Shown here one piece after another: positions 20,345 through 30,070 of a stretch of DNA of 64,000 nucleotides. Made by a program: the position numbers and the translations under genes. Source of the DNA: Chloroflexota bacterium (lineage in GTDB: Bacteria; Chloroflexota; Limnocylindria; Limnocylindrales; CSP1-4); the NCBI GenBank assembly GCA_005883615.1, contig VBEC01000022.1:433-64432 (forward strand), given 5' to 3'. The notes beneath the pieces were generated by a model that ran no database searches, was not told the origin of the DNA, and saw only the letters and a list, made by a program, of their open reading frames with translations. Position 1 is the stretch's first letter, and each line of letters opens with the position of its first letter.

Positions 20345-20378
20345 GCGAAGCCCCCGACCGATAGGTCAGGGGCTTCGC
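20345..20378 (-). terminator. Stem-loop downstream of PRC-barrel gene
   Basis: GCGAAGCCCC...GGGGCTTCGC inverted repeat. Confidence 0.55.
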
Positions 20379-20397
20379 GACGAACTGGGGTGCTGGT

Positions 20398-20769
20398 CTA
20401 GCGGCGTGTCGAGCCCGACGTCTCCGCAAAGGCGCCACGGCTGTAGTACTCGCCGAGGTTGCGGCGGTACGTCTCGTCGGCGCCGACGCTCTCGTCGAAC
20501 TCAGGCGCGTTCTTGATCAGGTCCTTGGTCACGTTCACGAAGACCGTCCGGTCCTGCGTGTCGACCGAAGAGATCGTGCCTGCGGGCAACATCACCTTGT
20601 GGCCGAAAATCCAGGGGCCAGTCTCGACGACGATGAAGCTGCCGTTCGTGTCACGGGTCGTATCGGAAACCTTGCCGATCTTCCCGTCGGTCGCCTCGAC
20701 GTCGAACCCGGTCAGGTCTACGCCCGACCACGCCTCGTTTCGATAGACCCAAATATCCATGACCTGCAT
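20398..20769 (-). CDS. PRC-barrel domain protein
   Basis: DLTGFDVEATDGKIGKV, TGPWIFG, IKNAPEFD. Confidence 0.85.
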   Translation of the reverse strand: MQVMDIWVYRNEAWSGVDLTGFDVEATDGKIGKVSDTTRDTNGSFIVVETGPWIFGHKVMLPAGTISSVDTQDRTVFVNVTKDLIKNAPEFDESVGADETYRRNLGEYYSRGAFAETSGSTRR

Positions 20770-21032
20770 GGTTGGAACTCCTTCCTCCCCGGCCGAGCCG
20801 AAAGACGAGCCTTCGGCCCGATGGAGTGTTCCGGGATGCCTGAATTATCCCTCTCGAGGGGTCGCGCGGGCGTCAACCCAACGGTCGCGGGAGGGTTTCA
20901 CGGGCCTTGCAGGGACCTTGCAGTATTGCCGGGGACCTTGCAGAACGAGCCGCCATACTCGCCGGGCGGCCAACCGGCTGAACCGGCTGCGTCCCCGACC
21001 GAAAGCCTCACGCCCAACCGCAAGGAGGTCCA

Positions 21033-21950
21033 GTGGCACGACCAGTCAAGGTCGGGATCCAGCTACCCGAGGTGGAATACGTAGTCCGCTGGCCTGAGCT
21101 GCGTGCCATGGCGACGCGCGCCGAGGAACTCGGCTTCGATTCCCTGTGGGTCGGCGACCACCTGCTCTACCGGGAGCCCGGCGAGCGGGCCCGAGGCCCG
21201 TGGGAGGCATGGTCCCAGCTGGCTGCCCTGGCGGCCGTCACATCGCGAATCCAGCTCGGGCCGCTGGTGGCCTCGACCAGCTTTCACAACCCGGCCATGC
21301 TCGCCAAGAAGGCCGCCACGATCGACGAGATCAGCGGCGGACGCCTGACCCTGGGGTTGGGCGCGGGCTGGAACGAGACCGAATACCGGGCGTTCGGTTT
21401 CCCATTCGATCGCCGCGTGAGCCGCTTCGAGGAGGCGTTCACGATCATCCGGACCCTGCTGCGCGAGGGGGCGATCGATTTTGCCGGCGAGTTCTACCAG
21501 GTCCGCGACTGCGAGTTGGTGCCGCGCGGCCCTCGTCCCGGAGGCCCGCCGCTGCTCATCGGCTCGAATGGCGAGCGGATGCTGCGTATCGCGCTGCCCC
21601 ACGTGGCTGCCTGGAACAGCTGGTTCGCCGACATCGACAACACGCCGGCGGGTGTGTCACCCCTGCGCGCGAGGGTGGATCGGATCTGCACCGAGGTTGG
21701 TCGGGAGCCGGACGCGGTTCAGCGCACCGTGGCGGTGATGGTCCAGACGCCGGGCGGCGCCGGGCGGATCCAGGGCGACTATGCCAAGGAGGCGGTCGCC
21801 CCCCTGACGGGCAGCGCCGAAGAGTTCGCCGAGACGTTCCGAGCCTTCGCGCGAGAGGGCATCGGCCACCTGCAGCTGGTGCTCGACCCGATCAACCTCG
21901 CCTCGATCGAACAGCTCGCACCTGTGCTGGCGCTCCTCGACCGGGCCTGA
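21033..21950 (+). CDS. LLM class flavin-dependent oxidoreductase
   Basis: AAGGAGG RBS; GFDSLWVGDH, ATIDEISGGR..LGLGAGW. Confidence 0.9.
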   Translation: MARPVKVGIQLPEVEYVVRWPELRAMATRAEELGFDSLWVGDHLLYREPGERARGPWEAWSQLAALAAVTSRIQLGPLVASTSFHNPAMLAKKAATIDEISGGRLTLGLGAGWNETEYRAFGFPFDRRVSRFEEAFTIIRTLLREGAIDFAGEFYQVRDCELVPRGPRPGGPPLLIGSNGERMLRIALPHVAAWNSWFADIDNTPAGVSPLRARVDRICTEVGREPDAVQRTVAVMVQTPGGAGRIQGDYAKEAVAPLTGSAEEFAETFRAFAREGIGHLQLVLDPINLASIEQLAPVLALLDRA

Positions 21951-21980
21951 AGCTTTCGACAGCATAGGCTCGGCGGGCGG

Positions 21981-23951
21981 TCAGGCGGGCACGAGTCCGA
22001 GGAGCTTCAGGAACGTCGCGTTGGACGGCTCTCGGCCGAGGAAGCGCCGGAGCATCTCGTCCGCGTCGAGAGAAGCACTGGGCTCCAGGATCTCGCGCCG
22101 GTACGAGCCGCCGACCGCCGGATCGGTGATGCCCTCACGCTCGAAGCGGCTCCACATGTCGTCGCCGTAGACCTTCGACCAGATGTACCCGTAGTAGCCG
22201 GCGTCGTAGCCGCTGGCGATATGTCCGAACGCCGCGAGATCGAAGGTCCCTTCATGGAACGGCAGTCGCGTCACGCCGAAGGTCTCACGGTGGATCTCGT
22301 CGATCCGATCGGGCCCGTCGCCCGTGTGGAGCTCCAGGTCAAGCACACTCAAGCGGCACAGCCGGAACAGTGTCTTGAGCCCAACGTTGAGGTCGCGTGC
22401 GGCGACCAGCCGATCCACCAGATCCTCGGGGATCGGCTCCCGTGTTCGGTAGTGGCGGGCGAATTGCCGGAGCACGGAAGGCTGCCAGGTCCAGTGCTGC
22501 ATGATCTGGGAGGGCGCCTCCTCGAAGTCCGGCTCGACCTGGAAGATCGAAAACCGGGCGAAATGGGCTTGGCTCACGATTTCATGCAGGATGTGCCCGA
22601 ACTCGTGGAAGAGCATCTCCACGTCGCTGTGCTGCACGAGCGACGGAGCGCCTGTGGTTGGCGGCGGAATGTTCGCCACGATCGCCGCTTCCGGCAGCTC
22701 CTCGCCTCGCTGGCTCCCGTCCGCGGCGCGGCGCGGCAGCGTGATCGGCCAGGCCATCGCATGCCCGAACTTGCCCTCGCGCGGGAAGAGATCGACGTAG
22801 AAGGTGCCCAGCAGCCGCCCGGTCGGTCGGTCGAGAACCTCGAAAAGTCGGACGTCGGGATGCCACGCGGTCGGCTCCGGAAGTTCCCGATATTCCAGGC
22901 CGAAGACCTCGCCCGACAGCCCGAACAGCCCGTCCAGGACGGCGTCCAGCGGGAAGTACTCGGCGACCGCGTCCTGGTCCACCGAGAACTCATTTCGGAG
23001 AAGCTGGCTGTCGTAGTAGCGCCAGTCCCATGAGCGAAACTGCGTGTCACCCGTGTCCGACGCCAGCAGGGCACTCATGGTCTCGATCTCGCGGTCGGTC
23101 TTGTCGGCCAGCGGCGGGATGAGCTCGTTCAGGAAGTCCCAGACACGGTCCGGGGTGCCGGCCATCTTTATCTCGACTGCGTAGTCCGCCCAGGACGCGT
23201 AGCCCAACACGTGCGCCAGCTGGCGCCGCAGCCCGAGCAGCTCGGCGATGACCGGCCGGTTGCTCGTCAGCGCGCGGTTGAAGAAGCGGCGTTCGAGCTC
23301 CTGCCGCAGGTCGCGCCGGCGGGCGTTCTCGAGGAACGGGTAGTAGTCGGGGTAGGCGAGCGTGACGCGATAGGTCCCGTCAGTCGCTCCGGGCGCGAGC
23401 CGCCCGACGTAGTCCTCGGGCAGGCCATCGAGCTCCTCGCGCGTCAGGTCGAGGCCGTCCTGCCACTCGTCGATGTTGCGCTGGAAGGCCACCTCGAGCT
23501 CGACGATCCGGCTGCGCAGGCGACCGGCCTCGGCGCGCTGCTCGGCGGGCAGGTCCTGACCGGCCCGCCGGAAATCGCGCAGAAGATGGTCGAGCAGACG
23601 GCGTTGTTGGCCGGTCAGCTCGCGGGCCGCATCCGTTTCGGCATATGCCCGAACCGCGCGCGCCAGGTCTTCGCGGCCGGGCAGCGCCGCCTGCCACGTT
23701 CGAATCCGTGTCTCGGCGGCCTGGCCGGCGTCTCGAACGGCGGCCTCCGGATGAACGCGGGCCATGAAGGCGCCTCGGCCCGAAGCCGCGTAGACCAGCG
23801 CGTCAGCATCGTCGATCGGTTGCACGGTCCCCTCGAACGAGGTCGGCGAGGCGGTCGCAGCGTTGGCCAGCAGCAGATCTGCGGCGGCGATGGCTTCGTC
23901 GGTCAGAGTTGCAACCCGCTCGGGCGTGATCGTTCGATAGTCGAAGCCCAA
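21981..23951 (-). CDS. M3 family metallopeptidase (thimet oligopeptidase-like)
   Basis: FHEFGH zinc motif, FPREGK, GYDAGYYGY.WS; TTG start after GGAGGAGG. Confidence 0.92.
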   Translation of the reverse strand: MGFDYRTITPERVATLTDEAIAAADLLLANAATASPTSFEGTVQPIDDADALVYAASGRGAFMARVHPEAAVRDAGQAAETRIRTWQAALPGREDLARAVRAYAETDAARELTGQQRRLLDHLLRDFRRAGQDLPAEQRAEAGRLRSRIVELEVAFQRNIDEWQDGLDLTREELDGLPEDYVGRLAPGATDGTYRVTLAYPDYYPFLENARRRDLRQELERRFFNRALTSNRPVIAELLGLRRQLAHVLGYASWADYAVEIKMAGTPDRVWDFLNELIPPLADKTDREIETMSALLASDTGDTQFRSWDWRYYDSQLLRNEFSVDQDAVAEYFPLDAVLDGLFGLSGEVFGLEYRELPEPTAWHPDVRLFEVLDRPTGRLLGTFYVDLFPREGKFGHAMAWPITLPRRAADGSQRGEELPEAAIVANIPPPTTGAPSLVQHSDVEMLFHEFGHILHEIVSQAHFARFSIFQVEPDFEEAPSQIMQHWTWQPSVLRQFARHYRTREPIPEDLVDRLVAARDLNVGLKTLFRLCRLSVLDLELHTGDGPDRIDEIHRETFGVTRLPFHEGTFDLAAFGHIASGYDAGYYGYIWSKVYGDDMWSRFEREGITDPAVGGSYRREILEPSASLDADEMLRRFLGREPSNATFLKLLGLVPA

Positions 23952-24194
23952 GGAACCTCCTCCGAATGATCCGGTCGATGTATTCCGCATGATCGGGTGT
24001 GGTGCGGCGCCCGTAAAGCGTTGCGTGGGCCGCCCGATTTGCTCAGCCGGCGCGGAATGACTCAAATATCAACCACGTTGCTGTCATCGGCGGGGCGCGG
24101 CACTTTCGGATACGGAAATGGGCAAAGCGAGTGAGGAATATCCCGCGACACGTTCCCGTCGGGACAAATCCGTGGGGACCGCGTCCTCGCACGG

Positions 24195-24306
24195 CCGAAA
24201 AACGCGTTTGGCATTACGGGCACTCGTATTTGCGGTAGTGCGCGGCCGGGAAGTCCGAAAACGCGTTTGGCATTACGGGCACTCGTATTTGCTAGCGTGC
24301 GCGGCC
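24195..24306. repeat. Direct duplication, about 60 bp period, 35 bp identical core
   Basis: AAAACGCGTTTGGCATTACGGGCACTCGTATTTGC twice; both copies followed by GTGCGCGGCC. Confidence 0.9.
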
Positions 24307-24420
24307 TCACGAGCGAGTCGACTGCCGAGATCGGAGCTCCGCGCGCCAGGCGCTAGGATGGCTGCTCCAAGCCAACCCGCCGTATGGTCCCAGGCAAGTG
24401 TCGCGCAGGGAGGTGTCCGG

Positions 24421-25845
24421 ATGACAGACAGCGAGCTCCTCCAGCGGACCCGCGAGTTGGCGACACGGTACCTGGAGAGCCTCCCGGAGCGGCCCGTTGG
24501 ACCGGCGGTGGACCTCGAGGGCCTGCGAGCGGCTCTTGGCGGGCAGCTCTCCGAGGAGGGCGAATCGCCCACCGCCGTCATCGAAACTCTGGCATCCGCG
24601 GTGGAACCCGGGCTCGTCGCGACGGCCGGCCCGCGCTATTTCGGCTTCGTCATCGGCGGCAGCCTGCCCGCAGCGCTTGCCGCCGACTGGCTGACCAGCG
24701 CCTGGGACCAGAACGCGGGGCTGTACGCGATCTCGCCGGCCGCTGCCGTCGTCGAAGAAGTGGCCGCCCAGTGGCTGATCGAACTCTTCGGCCTGCCCTC
24801 CTCGACGAGCGTGGGCTTCACAACGGGCGCCACGATGGCCAACTTCACCTGCCTGGCTGCCGCCCGCGATGCCGTGCTGCGACGAGAGGGTTGGGACGTC
24901 GAGCAGGACGGCCTTGTCGGTGCGCCGCCGATCCATGTGGTCGTTGGTGCCGAAGCCCACGTGACGATCTTCGTTTCGCTCCAGATGCTGGGCCTGGGTC
25001 GCGCCCGAGTACACAAGGTCGAGGCCGACGGCCAGGGCCGGATGCGCCCGGACGCCCTGCAAGAGGTGTTGAGCGCGCTGCCGGAAGGGCCGACCATCGT
25101 CTGCGCCCAGGCCGGCAACGTGAACACGGGCGGATTCGATCCGCTCGAGGAGATCGTCCGGATTGCGCACGAGCGGGGTGCATGGCTCCACGTGGACGGG
25201 GCGTTCGGCCTCTGGGCAACCGCATCGCCGCGGCTGCGCGAGCTCACTGCCGGGATCGACCTCGCAGATTCGTGGACGACCGACGCCCACAAGTGGCTGA
25301 ACGTCCCGTACGACTCGGGGCTCGCGTTCGTCCGCGATCCAGCACCCCATCACGACGCGATGACGCTCGGCGCGGCCTACTACGTCGAGACCGCGGGCGC
25401 CGAGCGCGATCCCTACAACTGGGTGCCGGAGTCTTCTCGCAGGGCACGCGGATTCGCGGTCTACGCGGCGTTGCGATCCCTCGGTCGCGCGGGGGCCGCC
25501 GACATGATCGACCGCTGCTGCGGCCTGGCTCGGCGGTTCGCGGACAGCCTCCGCGAGGAGCCAGGAGTCGAGATCCTCAACGACGTCGTCCTCAACCAGG
25601 TCCTCGTCCGCTTCACGCCATTGGGATCGGACCCGACGGAGGTTGCGGCCGGGGACGCCCAGACACGCGCAGTCGTCGCCGCGGTCCAGCGGGATGGAAC
25701 GTGCTGGCTTGGCGGAACGACCTGGCATGGGCGCGCGGCCATGCGGATCTCTGTCTCGGGCTGGAACACGACCGAAGCCGACGTCGACCGCTCGGCCGAG
25801 GCGATCGTACGCTGCGCGCACGAGGTGCAACGGGTTCCCGCCTGA
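24421..25845 (+). CDS. PLP-dependent group II amino-acid decarboxylase
   Basis: GGAGG RBS; PRYFGFV, HVDGAFG, TDAHKWLNVPY. Confidence 0.9.
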   Translation: MTDSELLQRTRELATRYLESLPERPVGPAVDLEGLRAALGGQLSEEGESPTAVIETLASAVEPGLVATAGPRYFGFVIGGSLPAALAADWLTSAWDQNAGLYAISPAAAVVEEVAAQWLIELFGLPSSTSVGFTTGATMANFTCLAAARDAVLRREGWDVEQDGLVGAPPIHVVVGAEAHVTIFVSLQMLGLGRARVHKVEADGQGRMRPDALQEVLSALPEGPTIVCAQAGNVNTGGFDPLEEIVRIAHERGAWLHVDGAFGLWATASPRLRELTAGIDLADSWTTDAHKWLNVPYDSGLAFVRDPAPHHDAMTLGAAYYVETAGAERDPYNWVPESSRRARGFAVYAALRSLGRAGAADMIDRCCGLARRFADSLREEPGVEILNDVVLNQVLVRFTPLGSDPTEVAAGDAQTRAVVAAVQRDGTCWLGGTTWHGRAAMRISVSGWNTTEADVDRSAEAIVRCAHEVQRVPA

Positions 25846-25920
25846 GCGCGCCACGCCTGAGCGCGTCACGCCTGAGCCGCGGCGTCACGCCTGAGCGCGT
25901 CACGCCTGAGCCGCGGCGCC
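25839..25920. repeat. Tandem repeat CGCCTGAG(C)..., 5 units of 15-19 bp, first unit contains the stop codon
   Basis: Units at 25839, 25854, 25869, 25888, 25903. Confidence 0.9.
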
Positions 25921-25977
25921 CCACCGTTGTGATCTAATCGCAGCATAGAAGCCGGCATGGTCAAGCGAGGTGGACCG

Positions 25978-27312
25978 ATGGGCATCAGCACCGCACCCGG
26001 CATGACCGCCGAGGAGATCGTCCGACTTTCGCGCGAGCACACCTTCTTCTCGTGGTCCGTCCAGGGGGCCGTGGACCCGATCGCGGTGGACCACGCCGAG
26101 GGGATCTATCTGTACACGCCGGACGGCACGCGGATCATCGACTTCAACAGCCAGCTGATGTCGGTCAACATCGGCCACGGCGACCGGCGAGTGATCGATG
26201 CCATCACGGCACAGGCGACGAAGCTGCAATTCGTCCAGCCGGCCTTCGTCACGGAACCCAGGGCGCGCCTCGGGCAGAAGCTCGCCGAGATCATGCCCGG
26301 CGACCTGGACAAGGTGTTCTTCACGCTGGGCGGCGCCGAGGCGATCGAAAACGCAATCAAGATCGCTCGACATGCGACCGGCCGCTACAAGCTCCTCGCC
26401 CGATATCGCGCGTACCACGGCGCGACCATGGGCGCGATGACCCTGACCGGCGATCCACGGCGTTGGGCGAACGAGCCCGGCCTGGTCGGGGTCGTCCGCT
26501 ATCCGGACACCCACCGCTGGGGCGAAAAGGAACCGCGCCCGGCCGCCGAGTCGCTGCAGGGCCTGGAGGACGTCATCCGCTACGAGGGGCCGCACACGAT
26601 CGCGGCGATATTCCTCGAGACCATCGTGGGCACAAACGGGATCCTCATTCCGCCCGACGGCTACATCCAGGGCGTCCGCCAGCTGTGCGACCGCTACGGC
26701 ATCCTGATGGTCGCCGACGAGGTGATGGCGGGTTTCGGCCGGACCGGGAAATGGTTCGCCATCGACAACTGGGACGTGACCCCTGACCTGATGACGATGG
26801 CCAAGGGCCTGACCAGCTCATATCTGCCGCTGGGTGCCGTGGCGATGCGCCGCCCCCTCGCCGAGAAATTCGAGTCGATGATGTACTACGGCGGACTGAC
26901 CTACAGCAGCCACCCGGTGAGCCTTGCCGCTGCGCTTGCCACGATCTCCGTGTACGAAGAGGACGGGCTGATCGAGAACGCCCGGCGGCTGGGACCGGTC
27001 ATGCGGAGCCACCACGAGGACTTGTACGCCCGCCATCCCAGCGTGGGCGCCTACCGCAACCTCGGCCTGTTCGGGATCATCGACCTGGTGCGCCGTCGCG
27101 AGCCCTTCACGCCGATGACGAGCTTCAACGGCACCTCCGACGAGATGAAGGCCATCGGCAAGTTCCTGCGCGACAACGGGCTGTACACCATGATCGCCAA
27201 CAACTCGATCCACACCAATCCGCCGCTGTGCATCACGGAAGCGCAGCTGGCCGAGGGTTTCGAGATCATCGACCGGGCGCTCGACATCGCCGACCAGGCC
27301 GTTCAGGCCTGA
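25978..27312 (+). CDS. Class III (omega) aminotransferase, probable beta-alanine transaminase
   Basis: GGAEA, YHG, ADEVMAGFGRTG, MAKGLT; pyrimidine cluster context. Confidence 0.88.
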   Translation: MGISTAPGMTAEEIVRLSREHTFFSWSVQGAVDPIAVDHAEGIYLYTPDGTRIIDFNSQLMSVNIGHGDRRVIDAITAQATKLQFVQPAFVTEPRARLGQKLAEIMPGDLDKVFFTLGGAEAIENAIKIARHATGRYKLLARYRAYHGATMGAMTLTGDPRRWANEPGLVGVVRYPDTHRWGEKEPRPAAESLQGLEDVIRYEGPHTIAAIFLETIVGTNGILIPPDGYIQGVRQLCDRYGILMVADEVMAGFGRTGKWFAIDNWDVTPDLMTMAKGLTSSYLPLGAVAMRRPLAEKFESMMYYGGLTYSSHPVSLAAALATISVYEEDGLIENARRLGPVMRSHHEDLYARHPSVGAYRNLGLFGIIDLVRRREPFTPMTSFNGTSDEMKAIGKFLRDNGLYTMIANNSIHTNPPLCITEAQLAEGFEIIDRALDIADQAVQA

Positions 27313-27319
27313 CGCTTCG

Positions 27320-28255
27320 GTGACGGCGCTACCGTCGATCGCCCAACCGCGCGGAGCCTCTCTCGGGCTGGCCAGGGAGACGCGTTCGGCACGTCGAGTC
27401 GTTGGGTTCGTGGTCGTCCTGCTGGCCGTGCTGGTTGTGTGGGAGCTGGCGAAGTGGCTGGGCGGCGACCCGTGGCGTATCCACGGCACCGTTTTGGGGC
27501 TGCGGATCGACTACGAGCATCTGCCGCCGACCCACTGGCGGATCGCCGACGATCTTTCGCTACCGCACGTCTGGGATGTCGCGAGGGCGTTCGTCGACCC
27601 CGCCCAGCGCAACGGGCCGCCACTGGGTCTCGTGCTCGCGGGGCAGGCGCTGTTCACCTTCCGCGAGGCGGTCATCGGCTTTGTCTTCGGGGGCTTGCTC
27701 GGGCTCGGGTTGGCCGTCTGGTTCGTCCACTCGCGCCTCGCAGAGCGCGCGCTCGTGCCCTACGTCGTCGCCTCTCAGACGGTGCCCATCCTTGCCATCT
27801 CCCCGATCATCGTGAGCGCTACGAAGGCCGGCTGGCTTTCCGTGGCCATCGTCACCGCCTACCTGACGTTCTTTCCGGTCACGATCGGAGCACTGCGCGG
27901 GCTCCGCGCCGCGGATCAGCGGGCGTTCGAGCTGTTCCGGTCTTATGCCGCGTCAAATCGCCAGATCCTGTGGCTGCTGCGCCTGCCGTCTTCGCTGCCG
28001 TACCTCTTCGCGGCCCTCCGAATCGCCGCGGCAGCTTCGGTCATCGGCGCGATCATTGGCGAGATCCCGGCAGGCATTCCCGACGGCCTCGCGAGCGCGA
28101 TCATCAACTACAACCAGTATTACGTGACGGCACCGGAGAGGCTGTGGGCAACGATCATCCTGTGCTCGGTTGTCGGCCTGGTGTTCGTCGGCCTGGTCAA
28201 GGTCGCCGAGGGCCGCCTGCTCCGTGGCCGTTATCGAACCCTCGACCTCGCGTGA
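27320..28255 (+). CDS. ABC transporter permease (SsuC/TauC type)
   Basis: SQTVP, FFP, LRLP.SLPYLF. Confidence 0.88.
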   Translation: MTALPSIAQPRGASLGLARETRSARRVVGFVVVLLAVLVVWELAKWLGGDPWRIHGTVLGLRIDYEHLPPTHWRIADDLSLPHVWDVARAFVDPAQRNGPPLGLVLAGQALFTFREAVIGFVFGGLLGLGLAVWFVHSRLAERALVPYVVASQTVPILAISPIIVSATKAGWLSVAIVTAYLTFFPVTIGALRGLRAADQRAFELFRSYAASNRQILWLLRLPSSLPYLFAALRIAAAASVIGAIIGEIPAGIPDGLASAIINYNQYYVTAPERLWATIILCSVVGLVFVGLVKVAEGRLLRGRYRTLDLA

Positions 28256-28265
28256 GCACGCGACC

Positions 28266-29147
28266 ATGACCGACGTGGGAGCGGCGCATCCGGGTGCCTC
28301 AACCCCCGCTCCCGACGTGGGGCGCGCGGTCGTTCACACGACCGGCGTGGAGAAGACGTTCGGCACGGGCCCGACCGCTGTCAAAGCGCTCGAGGGGATC
28401 GACCTGGAGATCGGCCAGGGCGAGTTCGTGTCCCTCATCGGTCCGTCGGGGTGTGGCAAGTCGACACTGCTGCGGCTGATCGGCGACTTGACGACCCCGT
28501 CCGCGGGGCAAATCCTCGTGAACGGCAAGCCCGCCAGCCGCGCACGGCTCGACCGGGATTACGGGATGGTGTTCCAGGCGCCGGTGCTCATGGACTGGCG
28601 AACGATCGCGCGGAACATCGAGCTGCCGCTCGAGATCATGGGCTTCCCCAGGGACGAGCGCGCACGTCGGTCGGGCGAGCTCCTGAAGCTGGTCGAGCTC
28701 GAAGGCTTCGGGGGGAAACATCCCTGGCAGCTGTCGGGCGGCATGCAGCAGCGGGTCGCGATTGCGCGCGCCCTCGCCTTCGACCCCAAGCTGCTGCTGA
28801 TGGACGAGCCCTTCGGGGCCCTCGACGAGATGACGCGCGAGCGGATGAACCTCGAGCTGATGAAGATCTGGGGGCAGACTGCTACGACCGTGGTGTTCGT
28901 GACCCACTCGATCCCCGAAGCGGTCTTCCTGTCGACCCGCGTGGTGGTCATGTCGCCCCGCCCGGGCCGGATTGCGCGCATCGTCGAAATCGACCTGCCC
29001 CACCAGCGTACGGTCGAGACGCGAGAGTTGGAGCGTTACTTCGAACTGGTGACCCAGGTCCGCGAGGCCCTCCGGCGGCACGAACCCGACACGACGACGA
29101 TGGACGAGCTGGAGGCGGCTCGCATCCGGGCCGAAGGGCTCGGCTGA
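28266..29147 (+). CDS. ABC transporter ATP-binding protein
   Basis: GPSGCGKS, LSGGMQQR, DEPFGALD. Confidence 0.95.
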   Translation: MTDVGAAHPGASTPAPDVGRAVVHTTGVEKTFGTGPTAVKALEGIDLEIGQGEFVSLIGPSGCGKSTLLRLIGDLTTPSAGQILVNGKPASRARLDRDYGMVFQAPVLMDWRTIARNIELPLEIMGFPRDERARRSGELLKLVELEGFGGKHPWQLSGGMQQRVAIARALAFDPKLLLMDEPFGALDEMTRERMNLELMKIWGQTATTVVFVTHSIPEAVFLSTRVVVMSPRPGRIARIVEIDLPHQRTVETRELERYFELVTQVREALRRHEPDTTTMDELEAARIRAEGLG

Positions 29148-29158
29148 CGACCGGTCGC

Positions 29159-29938
29159 ATGATCAACACGCGGCTCGCCAACTGGCTGCCGCCCGTCGTC
29201 CTGTTCGTGCTGGTCATCGTGATCTGGGATCTGGGACTGCTCGCTCTGGGCGTCCAATCCTTCCTCCTCCCGCGACCGACCGTCATCTGGGCAAAGCTGC
29301 TGGAGCTGTGGCCCACGACGCTCGCTCGGGGCGTTGCCTTCACCGCGAGCGAGGCGCTGGGCGGCTTGGCGGCGGGCATCGTCCTCGGCACCGCTGCCGG
29401 CCTGGCGACGGCGCGTTGGCGGACTGCCCAGGAGACCCTCGTGCCGATCGCCATCGGCGCCAGCACGGTCCCGATCATCGCGTTCGCACCGATCACCCTG
29501 AACTGGTTCGGCTATGAGAGCCCCTTGCCGCGGATGGTGATCGTGGCGGCCATGGTGTTCTTCCCCGTCATGGTCAATACCGTTCGAGGCCTGACCGAGG
29601 TCGAGCCCGCGGCGCTCGAGCTGATGGCGTCCTATGCCGGTTCGGAGCTGCAGACGCTGCGCAAGGTTCGAATCCCGAACGCGCTGCCGTACTGGTTTAC
29701 CGCGCTGCGCATCGCTGCGACCCTGAGCGTCATTGGGGCGGTGGTCGGCGAGTTCTTCGGTGGTCCGCTGTATTCACTCGGCATCTTCATCACGAACCAG
29801 ACCGGCATCTCCGACTACCCGAGTGCGTGGGCGGCGATCATCCTCGCCTGCGGCCTCGGCATCGGCTTCTACGTTGCCGCGGTGATCGCCGAGCGCGTGG
29901 CCGTGCCCTGGGGATCGGCGCGCGAAACGGCGCGATGA
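29159..29938 (+). CDS. ABC transporter permease (SsuC/TauC type)
   Basis: TM helices, VFFP..VNT.RGL, GAVVGEF. Confidence 0.9.
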   Translation: MINTRLANWLPPVVLFVLVIVIWDLGLLALGVQSFLLPRPTVIWAKLLELWPTTLARGVAFTASEALGGLAAGIVLGTAAGLATARWRTAQETLVPIAIGASTVPIIAFAPITLNWFGYESPLPRMVIVAAMVFFPVMVNTVRGLTEVEPAALELMASYAGSELQTLRKVRIPNALPYWFTALRIAATLSVIGAVVGEFFGGPLYSLGIFITNQTGISDYPSAWAAIILACGLGIGFYVAAVIAERVAVPWGSARETAR

Positions 29939-30070
29939 GGAAATCGGCGCCATGAGCGAAAACGGCGCGATGGGCGGGCCCCGATGACCTACCATCCGTG
30001 CGCTGAGGAGGCGCCCGTTGCCCGTTCGCAGGTCGACAGGGCGGCGCGGCGTGGAGGAGGAGTGGCAAGC

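Noticed and set aside
24195-24306. Mini-CRISPR with two repeats
   Set aside because: The sequences following each core share GTGCGCGGCC, indicating a tandem duplication rather than spacers
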